Positions 42,445-52,949 are shown, counted from the stretch's first letter. The stretch is DNA of 64,000 nucleotides from Gammaproteobacteria bacterium (GCA_965209035.1 OZ242372.1:128001-192000), one strand, 5' to 3'. Notes: generated by a model from the sequence alone, not told the origin. Translations and numbers: made by a program.

Positions 42445-42599
42445 TGTAACATCCCATCCGGTTTTGGACTCTGCGTGTTTGTCCGCACCGGGCCGCCGAA
42501 CACCCGAACATCCGAATAAAAAAACCGACACGCTGCCCGACATTTTGCCCGACACACGGCCCTCTCTGCAAGAAATCCTCGCCAAAACTTAATCTGTCC
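42445..42599. repeat. Third 'X' unit (IS481-type end + carB 3' copy)
   Basis: Direct repeat of 39704-39834. Confidence 0.9.
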
Positions 42600-42721
42600 T
42601 TAATATAAAGATTTTAGTTTTTGCGGCTTCTTATAATATCCTTATGGTTACTATTTTTGCTAACTTGCTTAAAAACTAAAACAATATAATTAATCTTAAA
42701 TAATAAATCAATAATAATTCA

Positions 42722-43147
42722 ATGATGTTTAAAAAAATTACTTCTTGGGTGCTTTCTTTGTGGATCGCCTTTGTATTTGTTCAATCCTTATTCTTTAAAT
42801 TCACCAATTCGCCGGATACGCAACACATTTTCGGCACCATTGGCGATTGGATGCAAACAAATTTTTTACAGCCCCTGGCAACCCCGTTTGCTCTTTACGG
42901 CGGCTATACCATAGGAACTTTGGAATTGATCGCCTCGATCTTTCTGATTATTCTCCCGCGCTATCGCCCTTTGGGGGCTATGCTGGCATTGTGCCTAATG
43001 ACAGGCGCGATCTTCTTTCATGTTTTTACTCCGTTGGGAATCAATGTGCAAGGAGACGGCGGCATTCTGTTTTACATGGCATGCTCCGTATGGGTAGCCG
43101 CATTCATCCTCTTGGCAGTTACCGGTCGCGCCCGTTGGGCGGTTTGA
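42722..43147 (+). CDS. DoxX-like membrane protein
   Basis: QSLFFKFT…IF…IGTLEL…MTGAIFFHVFTPLGI pattern; 4 TM segments. Confidence 0.75.
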   Translation: MMFKKITSWVLSLWIAFVFVQSLFFKFTNSPDTQHIFGTIGDWMQTNFLQPLATPFALYGGYTIGTLELIASIFLIILPRYRPLGAMLALCLMTGAIFFHVFTPLGINVQGDGGILFYMACSVWVAAFILLAVTGRARWAV

Positions 43148-43153
43148 CGGTTT

Positions 43154-44134
43154 TTGTTTTTTATTAAAGAAACAGCCCAACCAAGCCAGCCCCCCATCAA
43201 CCCACAGCCCGATACCAATCCCGATTCCGTCCCCGCACTCAGCGTCCGGGGACTGAGTAAGGTTTATGCCAACGGCGTTGTCGCCCTTAAAGATGTCAGT
43301 TTGGATGTCCGCCAAAAGGACTTCTTTGCTCTCCTGGGCGAAAACGGCGCCGGTAAAACAACCTTATTGGGAATTGTCTGCTCTCTGGTCAACAAGAGCC
43401 GGGGGGAAGTCAAAATATTTGGCGATGACCTGCTCACGCAAACCTCGCGCGCCAAAAGCCATATCGGCTTAGTGCCGCAAGAGTTTAACTTTAATATTTT
43501 TCAGAAGGTCCGCAATATTGTTTATCAACAGGGCGGCTATTACGGCATGCCATTAAATGAGATCAAAGCGCGCGGCGAAAAGTATCTGCGCAAACTGGAC
43601 CTGTGGGATAAGCGTGACGAGCAATCAAACACCCTGTCCGGCGGGATGAAGCGGCGGTTGATGATTGCACGCGCCCTGATTCACGAACCCCGACTGCTCA
43701 TCTTGGACGAACCGACGGCGGGTGTGGATATTGAAATCCGCCACTCTATGTGGGATTTTCTGCAAGAACTTAACCGGAACGGTAAAACAATCATCCTGAC
43801 AACACACTATCTGGAAGAAGCCGAGCAACTTTGTCGCAATGTTGCCATTATTCACGAAGGCCGCATTATCGCCAATAACAGCATGCAAGCACTTTTACGC
43901 CAGTTGGGGGAACGAACCTACATCATAGAAACCAATAACACCCTGCCCGCCGAAATTCGCGGCGATTTTTACGAGGGGCGGCGATTGGATGACAATACCC
44001 TGGAAGTGCGTCTGGACAAACAATACGGACTTAACAAACTGTTTCGCGATCTGGATAACAAAAAATTGGACATTGCCAATGTGGATATCAAAGACAACCG
44101 ACTGGAGAGTGCCTTCTTGGAATTAACCAAATGA
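43154..44134 (+). CDS. yadG: ABC-2 transporter ATP-binding protein (YadG-like)
   Basis: GENGAGKT, LVPQEFNFN, LSGGMKRR, LDEPTAGVD. Confidence 0.88.
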   Translation: MFFIKETAQPSQPPINPQPDTNPDSVPALSVRGLSKVYANGVVALKDVSLDVRQKDFFALLGENGAGKTTLLGIVCSLVNKSRGEVKIFGDDLLTQTSRAKSHIGLVPQEFNFNIFQKVRNIVYQQGGYYGMPLNEIKARGEKYLRKLDLWDKRDEQSNTLSGGMKRRLMIARALIHEPRLLILDEPTAGVDIEIRHSMWDFLQELNRNGKTIILTTHYLEEAEQLCRNVAIIHEGRIIANNSMQALLRQLGERTYIIETNNTLPAEIRGDFYEGRRLDDNTLEVRLDKQYGLNKLFRDLDNKKLDIANVDIKDNRLESAFLELTK

Positions 44135-44904
44135 ACGCGCAACAACTTCTCGTCTCGTTTTATACCATTTTCTATAAAGAAACTTACAGATATTGCCGTC
44201 TTTGGCGTCAGACCCTGTTGCCACCCGCCATCACGATGACCCTTTACTACACAATTTTTGGCAATCTGATAGGGCCGCGCATCGGCGAAATGGGCGGGTT
44301 CTCTTATATGCAGTTCATCGTTCCCGGACTTGTCATGCTTTCAATCATTACCGGCGCTTACAGCAATGTTGTCTCGTCCTTTTACGGGGAAAAGTTTCAA
44401 CGCAGTTTGCAAGAACTTCTTGTTTCGCCCACACCACCGGTCATTATTTTGTTGGGGTTCATCCTCAGCAGTGCCCTGCGCGGCATCCTGGTCGGGATTG
44501 TTGTTTTGTTGTTGTCCCTGTTTTTTACCGAATTATCCATCCATAGTATCGGCACGATTATCTGGGTGGTGATATTAACTTCCGTTTTGTTTGCTTGCAT
44601 GGGCATGATCAACGCCATTTACGCCCAAAGTTTTGATGATGTCACAGTCATCCCCAACTTCGTTCTCACCCCGCTTACTTATCTTGGCGGTATTTTTTAT
44701 TCCATAGATCTGCTGCCGAGTTTTTGGCAAAAGGTTTCATTACTGAACCCGATTCTTTACATGGTCAACGCGTTTCGCTATGGTGTTCTGGGGGTCACGG
44801 ATATTCCTCTCCTGTACTCGTTTGGTATCATCTGCTTCTTTTCCATTGCCTTGTTCTCGGCATGTTGGTATATGCTCGCAAAAGGCATCGGGATTAGAAC
44901 CTAA
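44131..44904 (+). CDS. yadH: ABC-2 transporter permease (YadH-like)
   Basis: WRQTLLPPAITMTLY…IGPRIG…YSNVVSSF…PLTYLGG. Confidence 0.9.
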   Translation: MNAQQLLVSFYTIFYKETYRYCRLWRQTLLPPAITMTLYYTIFGNLIGPRIGEMGGFSYMQFIVPGLVMLSIITGAYSNVVSSFYGEKFQRSLQELLVSPTPPVIILLGFILSSALRGILVGIVVLLLSLFFTELSIHSIGTIIWVVILTSVLFACMGMINAIYAQSFDDVTVIPNFVLTPLTYLGGIFYSIDLLPSFWQKVSLLNPILYMVNAFRYGVLGVTDIPLLYSFGIICFFSIALFSACWYMLAKGIGIRT

Positions 44905-44976
44905 ATTGCCGGTGTTTTTTATGTTCATCCCGGACACAAAACATAAAAATTACTCTGTTATGGTTACAGTGACTCG

Positions 44977-45711
44977 GTGGCGGTAAAAATAAAAATTTGC
45001 GGACTCACGGAAGCCGAAAAAGCCCGTTATGCCGCGATGCTTGGCGCTTCCGCTATCGGGTTAATATTCCATTCCGCCAGTCCCCGTAATGTGACACCGG
45101 CACAGGCGGCCGAGATTCGCAATGCACTGCCACCCTTCACTTCCGCGGTTGCTGTCCTGGTCAACCCGAGTGCCTCGTTTGTTGAAACCATCTTAAAAAT
45201 TGTCCGACCGGATATTTTGCAGTTTCACGGCGACGAGTCCGAAAAGTTCTGCGCTTCCTTTGGCATGCCTTACATCAAAAGCATTCGCGCCCTGTCGCAA
45301 GATCGGATAAAGCAAGAGGCGCTCAGTTATCCGTCCGCGGCCGCGTTTTTATTGGATACGGCGAACTCGGGACCGGGCTCGGATCCAAACTCGGATCCAA
45401 ACTTGGATAGGCACGATTACGGCGGGAGCGGCAAAACTTTTGATTGGGCACAAATTCCGCGGGACCTGCCCAAACCGACGATCATCGCCGGCGGTCTAAA
45501 CCCGGATAATGTGGGCGCACTTCTGCGAACTTATCGGCCCTATGCGGTAGATGTCAGCAGCGGTGTGGAAGCGGACAAGATCTCGGGAATGGGAATGAAC
45601 ACTGGAATGGGGGAGGAAATGAATATGGGAATTAAAGACAAGCAAAAAATTGCCAACTTTATCGCGCAGGTCCGTAATGCCCGGCTCGGTACGACAACAG
45701 CCCCGCGTTAA
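44977..45711 (+). CDS. trpF: Phosphoribosylanthranilate isomerase
   Basis: KIKICGLT, LQFHGDE, GGSGKTFDW, AGGLNPDNV, DVSSGVE. Confidence 0.96.
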   Translation: MAVKIKICGLTEAEKARYAAMLGASAIGLIFHSASPRNVTPAQAAEIRNALPPFTSAVAVLVNPSASFVETILKIVRPDILQFHGDESEKFCASFGMPYIKSIRALSQDRIKQEALSYPSAAAFLLDTANSGPGSDPNSDPNLDRHDYGGSGKTFDWAQIPRDLPKPTIIAGGLNPDNVGALLRTYRPYAVDVSSGVEADKISGMGMNTGMGEEMNMGIKDKQKIANFIAQVRNARLGTTTAPR

Positions 45712-45750
45712 TATTGCAACAACCGTCAGTTTGCCGTGATTGCTTTTTCT

Positions 45751-46542
45751 TTAATCCAAATATTCAATTCCCGCAGCCGCCAGCCATTCCTTGAATTTGG
45801 CAACCTCTTCGCAGACCGTCCGTTCGTCATAAGAACGCCAAACCGCCTTAACAAAGTAATTGCCGTTGCTGTCTTGTTGGGGATAACTGCCAATTTCCGC
45901 TTCCGGGTTTTCTGCTTGCATTTCGGTCAGTTTGGACGCAATATGACTTTCACCTGCCAGCACGGTGACTGTGCGAGAATGCAACGGCTTGCCGGTGCTC
46001 AGTTCTTTCCCTATCTCATCTAACATCGCGGAAAAAATGACCGGCACACCCGCCAACACAAAGACATTGCCCAAACGAAAACCCGGGGCAGCCGACACCC
46101 GGTTGGGGATAAGAGTTGCGCCGCGCGGGATCATCGCCATTTTACTCGCACCTGCGGACGGACGCTTGCCGCGTGCGGCGGTCCTCGATTCCCTCGATTC
46201 CATGACGCGCATCGCCTCCGCATTCCGTTCCGGTAAAACAGAAAAGGCTGCGGCAATGGCATCGGCTGTGATATCGTCGTGCGTAGGACCTATGCCGCCG
46301 CTTGTAAACACATAATCGTAGTTTTTTGATTGTTCGCGGACAGTTTTTATGATTAACTCTTTGTCATCGCGAATGATACATGCTTCCGCAAGTTCCAGCC
46401 CCCAACGCGTCGCCCGACTTCCCAATTCAAATATGTTAATATCCCGTGTGCTGCCCACCAGAAGTTCGTTACCGATTGCAATCATAGAAATCTTCGGGGG
46501 GTTGCCGATTTTGTGTGTGCGTTCTGCGTTCATAAAAAACAT
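45751..46542 (-). CDS. CinA N-terminal/molybdopterin-binding domain protein
   Basis: IGNELLVG, TSGGIGPTHDDITA, LAGVP. Confidence 0.88.
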   Translation of the reverse strand: MFFMNAERTHKIGNPPKISMIAIGNELLVGSTRDINIFELGSRATRWGLELAEACIIRDDKELIIKTVREQSKNYDYVFTSGGIGPTHDDITADAIAAAFSVLPERNAEAMRVMESRESRTAARGKRPSAGASKMAMIPRGATLIPNRVSAAPGFRLGNVFVLAGVPVIFSAMLDEIGKELSTGKPLHSRTVTVLAGESHIASKLTEMQAENPEAEIGSYPQQDSNGNYFVKAVWRSYDERTVCEEVAKFKEWLAAAGIEYLD

Positions 46543-46620
46543 TATAGTGAGTTGTCGGCGATGTTTGTATCATTGATCTTTGACCGTCACCGTCCCGCAT
46601 ATTTAATTTCTCGTTGATCT

Positions 46621-46785
46621 TTGAACGGAACATTAAACGAAACTTTGAACAGAACATTGAACGGAACATTAAACGGAACATTGAACGGAACATTAAACGA
46701 AACTTTGAACAGAACTTTGAACAGAACATTGAACGGAACATTAAACAGAACATTGAACGGAACATTAAACAGAACATTGAACAAC
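46621..46785. repeat. 12-bp tandem repeat tt(g/a)aacRRaac(a/t) x13.5
   Basis: Seen directly; in frame with tsaD (LNGT/LNET/LNRT). Confidence 0.95.
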
Positions 46786-47973
46786 CCGCCGAATAACACA
46801 CCGGCGCACAGGCGGGAACGGTCACAGTTAATTCTGGCTGTGGAGACATCCTGCGACGAGACCGCCCTGGCATTGCATGACGGCACTCGCCTCATCTCCC
46901 ATTGTTTGTTTTCTCAAGCCGACATTCACTCTTTATATGACGGCGTGGTGCCGGAACTTGCGGCACGCAACCATCTGCAACGCCTCCTCCCGTTGCTAAA
47001 ACTCTGCCTGCAAAAAGGAAACAAAACCAAAGCAGAGATTACTCACATAGCCTATACGATGGGACCCGGTTTGATCGGCGCCTTGATGACGGGAGCATCG
47101 TTTGCCCGCTGTCTCGCGTACGGCTTGTCTGTTCCTGCCGTCGGCATTCATCATCTGGAAGGGCATATCCTTTCTCCTCTGCTGGCAAAAGACGCTCCGT
47201 CTTTTCCCTACTTAACGCTGCTAGTATCCGGCGGGCATACGCAGTTAATTCTGGCACAAGAAGCCGGCAAGTATGTTCTTTACGGCGAAAGTTTGGACGA
47301 TGCGGCCGGCGAAGTCTTTGACAAGGTGGCAAGTTTGCTTGGTCTGCCCTATCCCGGCGGGAAGCATTTGGAAGAACTCGCCCGAAAAGGGAACCCGAAG
47401 GCATACGGGTTGACTGTTCCCATGCGTCATCGCAGGGGTCATCAGCATCGTCAGGATTACAATTTTAGTTTCAGCGGTCTCAAAACCCAGGTACTTTATC
47501 TCGCACGGAAGATCTGCAAAGCATCCAATTCTCCCCATCCGCAAGAACAGGAGTCCGCGCCAAATGTAAAAAGACCCTTCTCACGCACTGTCGGAGCACT
47601 GACTCCCCGACAGAAGGCCGACCTGGCCGCAGGCTTTCAAATGACGATTGTTCAAAGTCTGTTGGAAAAAACTTTCTTATTGGCGGAAACACTCCGAATG
47701 AAAAATATTGTCATAGTCGGCGGCGTCAGTGCCAATTTGTATCTCAGAGAAACGGCGCGCAAGTTCTCGGGGGGGGAGAATTACCGTCTCTTTTTCCCGC
47801 CGCCGGAATACTGCACCGACAATGCGGCCATGATCGCTTTGGCTGCTTCTTATCGTATTGCGGCGGGTGCCCGGGACTCGCTTGTGATACGAGCAAAAGC
47901 GAGGCTTCCGCTTCCCGCCCCCGGCCCCATCCGCATGCCCGCGCAGGACCCGCACGGGGCCCGCACAAGATAA
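46621..47973 (+). CDS. tsaD: tRNA N6-adenosine threonylcarbamoyltransferase (start uncertain)
   Basis: ILAVETSCDET, GVVPELAARNH, HHLEGH, VSGGHT, CTDNAAMI. Confidence 0.95.
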   Translation: MNGTLNETLNRTLNGTLNGTLNGTLNETLNRTLNRTLNGTLNRTLNGTLNRTLNNPPNNTPAHRRERSQLILAVETSCDETALALHDGTRLISHCLFSQADIHSLYDGVVPELAARNHLQRLLPLLKLCLQKGNKTKAEITHIAYTMGPGLIGALMTGASFARCLAYGLSVPAVGIHHLEGHILSPLLAKDAPSFPYLTLLVSGGHTQLILAQEAGKYVLYGESLDDAAGEVFDKVASLLGLPYPGGKHLEELARKGNPKAYGLTVPMRHRRGHQHRQDYNFSFSGLKTQVLYLARKICKASNSPHPQEQESAPNVKRPFSRTVGALTPRQKADLAAGFQMTIVQSLLEKTFLLAETLRMKNIVIVGGVSANLYLRETARKFSGGENYRLFFPPPEYCTDNAAMIALAASYRIAAGARDSLVIRAKARLPLPAPGPIRMPAQDPHGARTR

Positions 47974-47979
47974 ACGCGT

Positions 47980-49548
47980 ATGAAAAAGTTTGATGTTCTC
48001 GTCATAGGCACGGGCGCGGCCGGAATGCAGTTGGCACTGCACCTTGCCCGACGCAACAGAACTGTCCTGATGCTCTGCAAGTCCTCTTTTAGAGAAAGTT
48101 CCACCTACTGGGCTCAAGGCGGCATTGCCGCGGCCTGGGCAGAAGAGACGCCCGAGCAGCATATCCGCGATACGATCAAAGCCGGGGCGGGGCTGTGTGA
48201 TGATAAGGCGGTTCGTTTCATCCTAAGCAACGCCCGTTCGGCACTTAAAGAAATTGTGGAACTTGGCTTTCCTTTGTCTCTGCGTCCAAAAAGCGGCGAA
48301 GCACATCTCCACCGGGAAGGCGGTCATTCCCAAAGACGGATTTTACATGCCGCCGATCAAACCGGCAAAGCACTGGCGGATACCCTGTATCACCGAATTT
48401 TGGAAGAACCGGGTATTCAAATATTGGAACATCACATGGCAATTAACTTGATACAGGATCACCGAGGCTGTAAAGGCGCCTATGTTTTTAATGCCATCAA
48501 GAAAAGCGTATCGGTATTCAACGCCCGTTGCACTGTGCTTGCCTGCGGCGGTGCCAGCCGGGTATATCTGTACTCCACGAATCCGGACGGTGCCACCGGA
48601 GACGGTATCGCCATGGCATACAGAGCCGGCTGTCGTATTGCCAATATGGAATTTAATCAGTTTCATCCGACTTGTCTGTATCACCCGCAGGCAAAATCTT
48701 TTCTCATTAGCGAGGCACTGCGCGGCGAAGGCGCGCGTCTGCTGTTGCCGGACGGATCCGCCTTTATGGAAAAATACGATCAGCGCGGTGACCTGGCGCC
48801 GCGCGATATTACCGCACGCGCGATTGACGATCAAATGAAGCGAAACGGCTTGGATTGCGTCCTGCTGGACATCACGCATAAACCGGCAAAAGAGATTATT
48901 AAAAATTTCCCGCACATCTACCAAAATTGCCTGACATACGGAATAGACATCACCAAAGAGCCTATCCCGGTTGTGCCGGCGGCGCACTATATATGCGGCG
49001 GCATTATCACAGATATGAAGGGGCAAACGGACATTCAAAATCTTTATGCAATCGGCGAAACCGCCTACACTGGTCTGCATGGGGCAAATCGTTTGGCAAG
49101 CAACTCACTGTTGGAATGCCTTGTGATGGCACGCAGCGCCGCCCAAAATATTGATCGGACTCTGGCGCAGATCCCCGTGCCGAGTCCTTCGCCGTCATGG
49201 GATGAAAGCCGGGTTACAAACTCCGACGAGGAAGTTATCATAAATCATAATTGGGATGAACTCCGCAGATTCATGTGGAATTATGTCGGTATCGTCCGCA
49301 CCGACAAAAGATTGGAACGCGCCCGCCACCGCATAGACCTTCTTCAATCGGAAATTAAAGAATACTACAACAATTACCGTGTCAGTCGCGATCTTTTGGA
49401 ACTGCGTAACCTTGCTCTCTGCGCCAAACTCATCACGGACGCGGCCATCGGCCGCAAGGAGAGCCGGGGACTGCATTACACACCCGATTATCCCGATTAT
49501 CCCGCATCGCAAAAACAGGCAACAATCAGTATCTTGCAAAAAAATTAG
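47980..49548 (+). CDS. nadB: L-aspartate oxidase
   Basis: AQGGIAA, EGGHS.RRILH, QFHPT, GLHGANRLASNSLLE. Confidence 0.96.
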   Translation: MKKFDVLVIGTGAAGMQLALHLARRNRTVLMLCKSSFRESSTYWAQGGIAAAWAEETPEQHIRDTIKAGAGLCDDKAVRFILSNARSALKEIVELGFPLSLRPKSGEAHLHREGGHSQRRILHAADQTGKALADTLYHRILEEPGIQILEHHMAINLIQDHRGCKGAYVFNAIKKSVSVFNARCTVLACGGASRVYLYSTNPDGATGDGIAMAYRAGCRIANMEFNQFHPTCLYHPQAKSFLISEALRGEGARLLLPDGSAFMEKYDQRGDLAPRDITARAIDDQMKRNGLDCVLLDITHKPAKEIIKNFPHIYQNCLTYGIDITKEPIPVVPAAHYICGGIITDMKGQTDIQNLYAIGETAYTGLHGANRLASNSLLECLVMARSAAQNIDRTLAQIPVPSPSPSWDESRVTNSDEEVIINHNWDELRRFMWNYVGIVRTDKRLERARHRIDLLQSEIKEYYNNYRVSRDLLELRNLALCAKLITDAAIGRKESRGLHYTPDYPDYPASQKQATISILQKN

Positions 49549-49566
49549 CCATAAAATAAATTCCAC

Positions 49567-50991
49567 ATGCAAGACAAACACTCTCCGGCAGAGAAGCCCG
49601 CCAAGCATCCAAATCCAAATCCCAATCCCAACCCCAATCAAAGATTTTTAAGTTTGGCGTTTAGCCGCCGACTGGCGCCCCTGTTTTGGACGCAATTCTG
49701 CGGTGCCTTCAATGACAATGTCTACAAAAGTGCTTTTGCCGTCATCCTGGTATACAAGTTATTGGAGGGGAAATCCGAGCTAAGCGGTATCCTGGTCAAT
49801 CTCACCCAGGCTCTGTTCATACTGCCCTTTATTCTGTTTGCCGCCATTGCCGGAAGTTTGGGCGATGTCTATGACAAGACTGTCCTCATTCGTCATATTA
49901 AATTGACGGAAATTTTTATTGTTTGTCTGGCAGCCGCCGCTCTCTTTCTCGGCAATATCCCCGCACTGATGTTCGTTGTTTTTCTGTTGTCCGTCCAGTC
50001 CACTTTTTTTGGTCCCTTAAAATACGGCATCATTCCGCAGCATGTCCCGCCGTCTGCATTGGTGAACAGTAATGCCCTGGTCAGTGCCGGCACTTTTGTT
50101 GCCATCATTGCCGGGACCTTAATCGGCGCCTATGCCGCCACCCTGGAACAATATGAGGTACGGATTTCGACCCTTCTGCTTACATATGCGATTATCGGTT
50201 ATGTGAGCAGTCAGTTCATCCCCAAGGCACCGCCGTATCCCGATGCAAATACACCGGACCTGCCTCCGCAGGCCAACAAGCCGGCAAACCGGCAAACGCG
50301 TCTTTCATACGAGCCAGTTGGCGCAACCATTCGCCTGATGCGGACAATATACGGACGCCAACCGCAATATCGTCCGTATCTTTGGGGAGTTTCCTGGTTC
50401 TGGTTTGTCGGCTCGGTTCTTCTGACTCAAATCCCCATTCTTACGGAGCAACAACTTAAATTGGAAGACATCTCGGTGAGTTTTTTTATGGTGATGTTTG
50501 CGACAGGGATTGCCTGCGGTTCTCTGATCACCGGCATTGTGCTTAAGAACAAACCCACCTCCAAGTATGCCGGCATCGCGGCACTCTTTATGGCGATCTT
50601 AAGTTTGGATCTGATCCTTGCCATGCGCCAATTCAACCCGGACGCGCTCCTGTCACTGAGTGCGGATGATTATGTTACGCTGGTCGCATTCCTAACAAAC
50701 TTCCATGGCATCAGACTATCGCTTGACTTTTTCTTGATCAGTTTGTTTGGCGGCTTCTATGTCATTCCGCTGTTTACCGTTTTGATTAGTCTCGCCAAGC
50801 CCGAAGAGCGTTCCCGAGTCATTGCCGCCAATAATATCTTCAATGCGTTATTTATGGTGGGTTCGGCCCTGGCGGTGATGGTGATCTACGCAGTCGGCGG
50901 CGGTCTCACCGAGATATTTCCGCTGATTACCGTCAGTGCCTTGTTGGTCTCTTTTCTTTGGTTCCGAAAATCTCGTTCGGTAGTTGCGTAG
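49567..50991 (+). CDS. MFS transporter (LplT/Aas-associated type)
   Basis: FWTQFCGAFNDNVYK, FFGPLKYGIIP, RSRVIAANN. Confidence 0.88.
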   Translation: MQDKHSPAEKPAKHPNPNPNPNPNQRFLSLAFSRRLAPLFWTQFCGAFNDNVYKSAFAVILVYKLLEGKSELSGILVNLTQALFILPFILFAAIAGSLGDVYDKTVLIRHIKLTEIFIVCLAAAALFLGNIPALMFVVFLLSVQSTFFGPLKYGIIPQHVPPSALVNSNALVSAGTFVAIIAGTLIGAYAATLEQYEVRISTLLLTYAIIGYVSSQFIPKAPPYPDANTPDLPPQANKPANRQTRLSYEPVGATIRLMRTIYGRQPQYRPYLWGVSWFWFVGSVLLTQIPILTEQQLKLEDISVSFFMVMFATGIACGSLITGIVLKNKPTSKYAGIAALFMAILSLDLILAMRQFNPDALLSLSADDYVTLVAFLTNFHGIRLSLDFFLISLFGGFYVIPLFTVLISLAKPEERSRVIAANNIFNALFMVGSALAVMVIYAVGGGLTEIFPLITVSALLVSFLWFRKSRSVVA

Positions 50992-51100
50992 TTGCCTAGT
51001 TACCTTGTAGTTACTTTGTAGTTACTTTGTAGTTGTTTCTGCCGAGAAAAAAAAGAAACTATAAAATCACCCAAAAGAACACATAAAAGATCCCGGCTGA

Positions 51101-51237
51101 TGTTCGGTTGAGGTTTGGTCGGGGTTTGGTCGGGGTTTCGTTGAGGTTTCGTTGATGTTTGGTCGGGGTTTGGTCGGGGTTTGGTCGGGGGTTGGTCGGG
51201 GTTTGGTTGGTGGCTGGTTGATGTTTGGTCGGGGTTT
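51101..51237. repeat. Degenerate 10-11-bp tandem repeat (ggggtttggtc)n between convergent genes
   Basis: About 12 imperfect units seen directly. Confidence 0.85.
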
Positions 51238-51338
51238 CATTTCTGTTCGGTTTGCGGTTTGCATTTGTCCCCCCCCCCCGCAGGCACTGAATTAAAAACA
51301 GCCGGGGATCACTCGGCGGTTGTTACGCTATTACTTTG

Positions 51339-52076
51339 CTACCGGTTGTCTTTCAACTGCTTTTTTAATTGGGGGAAATCCGTGACAAATTTTTGCACTT
51401 CCTTGCCCGCTTCTCCTTCATATGCCAAATGAAAATAGTCACGCATTGCCGATGGCTCGGTATTAACTTCACAACACAGAGCGCCGGCCGCTCTTGCCTG
51501 TAACACAAAGCCGGCCGCCGGGAACACGCTGCCCGAAGTGCCGATTGCCAAAAAAATCTTGCCACCCCGCCCCCGCAGTGCCTGTTCAATGCGCTCCATC
51601 TGGTAAGGCATTTCTCCAAACCATACGATATCCGGTCGCAAACCGCCCGCACGACCGCAACCCGGGCAGTTATTTTTTGTATCCATATCTTGCTTGCAAT
51701 CAAACTTTCCGGCACAAGAGTTACACTTCATCTTGTAAAGTTCGCCATGCATGTGGATGACGCGTTGACTGCCGCCGCGCTCGTGCAAATCGTCTATATT
51801 CTGCGTAATGATCAGCATCTTATCGCCCAACTCTTTTTCCAACTCTCCCAATGCATGATGTGCGGGATTTGGCAAAACCTTACCCAGTTCGTTTCGGCGC
51901 GCATTATAAAATCGGTGCACCTTATCGGGGTCGGCGGCAAATGCCTCCGGGGTTGCCACTTCTTCTATGGGATGTTCTTCCCAAAGACCGTCCGCAGCGC
52001 GAAATGTTTTGATACCGGACTCGGCGGAAATTCCCGCACCCGTAAGAACAACCAAAAGAGGCTGCGAATCTTTCAC
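51339..52076 (-). CDS. cobB: NAD-dependent protein deacylase (sirtuin)
   Basis: GAGISAESG..TFR, TQNID, HG…CxxC…CxxC, RPDIVWFGE, GTS. Confidence 0.95.
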   Translation of the reverse strand: MKDSQPLLVVLTGAGISAESGIKTFRAADGLWEEHPIEEVATPEAFAADPDKVHRFYNARRNELGKVLPNPAHHALGELEKELGDKMLIITQNIDDLHERGGSQRVIHMHGELYKMKCNSCAGKFDCKQDMDTKNNCPGCGRAGGLRPDIVWFGEMPYQMERIEQALRGRGGKIFLAIGTSGSVFPAAGFVLQARAAGALCCEVNTEPSAMRDYFHLAYEGEAGKEVQKFVTDFPQLKKQLKDNR

Positions 52077-52085
52077 CCCTGGTCC

Positions 52086-52949
52086 CTAAAACAAATGTTG
52101 AAACAACAAGCCCGTGGTTTCTGTCTTGGTGTCGTAGTTTGCGGCATAATCGGACTCTCCCGTGCTCCAATCCAACAGCAGTCGCCAACCGAGTATGGGT
52201 GCCTTAGAGCGTTCCAAGCCGATGCGCAGCCTTGTGGAAAAACCCCAGTTGTTATAAGCATAGCCGCGCTGCTCGCCCCCCAAAACAAGTTTCAAGTCGC
52301 CCGACCCGTCTCCGAATCTGGCATCAAAACCCCAGTAACCAAAATCTTGTTTTAGGTTCTCTCCCGCCGAAGTTTCCAAATTCTCAAAACGCCCGTAAGA
52401 AAAATAATAACGCGCCGCCCGGCTGACATCCCCCAAAAACAGCCGCACAGAATCCCCGCCAAGCCAAGCAATATCATTATCTTCGGTTAAAAACTCCTCT
52501 TCGGTTTCCCGCCGGTCCGCTTCCCAGATCAGACGCAAAGCCAAACCGTTTGTCAGATAGCCCACATTTGCCGCAACCAAGTATTCGCGCCCCAATAGTG
52601 TGAGCTCATTCGATGGCAAGTCTCTGTTTTCGTTCGCCTCTTCGTTATAAACAAACTGATGGTAAATCCCCGCCCTGCCGCCGATCTCCACGGCACTTGT
52701 CCCGCCAAAATACCATCTTCTGATAGAAAACCCTTTCGCCAGATCCAGGTTCACTAATTCTTGCCTGCCAAAAACATCGTGTTTGGTCTCCCGATAGCCT
52801 GTCACAAACCCATCGGTATGAAAGGCCGCCACAGGGGCGGGGAATAGTTCGCTCTCTCCAAAGGATTCGCTATTGGGACCGTCCGGTACAAAAGCAAAGA
52901 TGCCGCCGTTAAGTGCCAGCAGAGCCAGGATTTCCGCCAAGCCGTTCAT
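52086..52949 (-). CDS. Putative outer-membrane beta-barrel protein, function unknown
   Basis: Hydrophobic leader; amphipathic aromatic strands; terminal Phe (LLFQHLF). Confidence 0.5.
   Translation of the reverse strand: MNGLAEILALLALNGGIFAFVPDGPNSESFGESELFPAPVAAFHTDGFVTGYRETKHDVFGRQELVNLDLAKGFSIRRWYFGGTSAVEIGGRAGIYHQFVYNEEANENRDLPSNELTLLGREYLVAANVGYLTNGLALRLIWEADRRETEEEFLTEDNDIAWLGGDSVRLFLGDVSRAARYYFSYGRFENLETSAGENLKQDFGYWGFDARFGDGSGDLKLVLGGEQRGYAYNNWGFSTRLRIGLERSKAPILGWRLLLDWSTGESDYAANYDTKTETTGLLFQHLF

Noticed and set aside
46621-46785. CRISPR repeat, or N-glycosylation tag on TsaD
   Set aside because: Contiguous 12-mers without spacers; TsaD is cytoplasmic and translation of the tract is unproven, so the NxT pattern may be chance.
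45751-52076. NAD-metabolism or sirtuin defence island (CinA-like, nadB, cobB)
   Set aside because: cobB is a canonical housekeeping sirtuin and the genes are not co-oriented; no defence partner genes are present.
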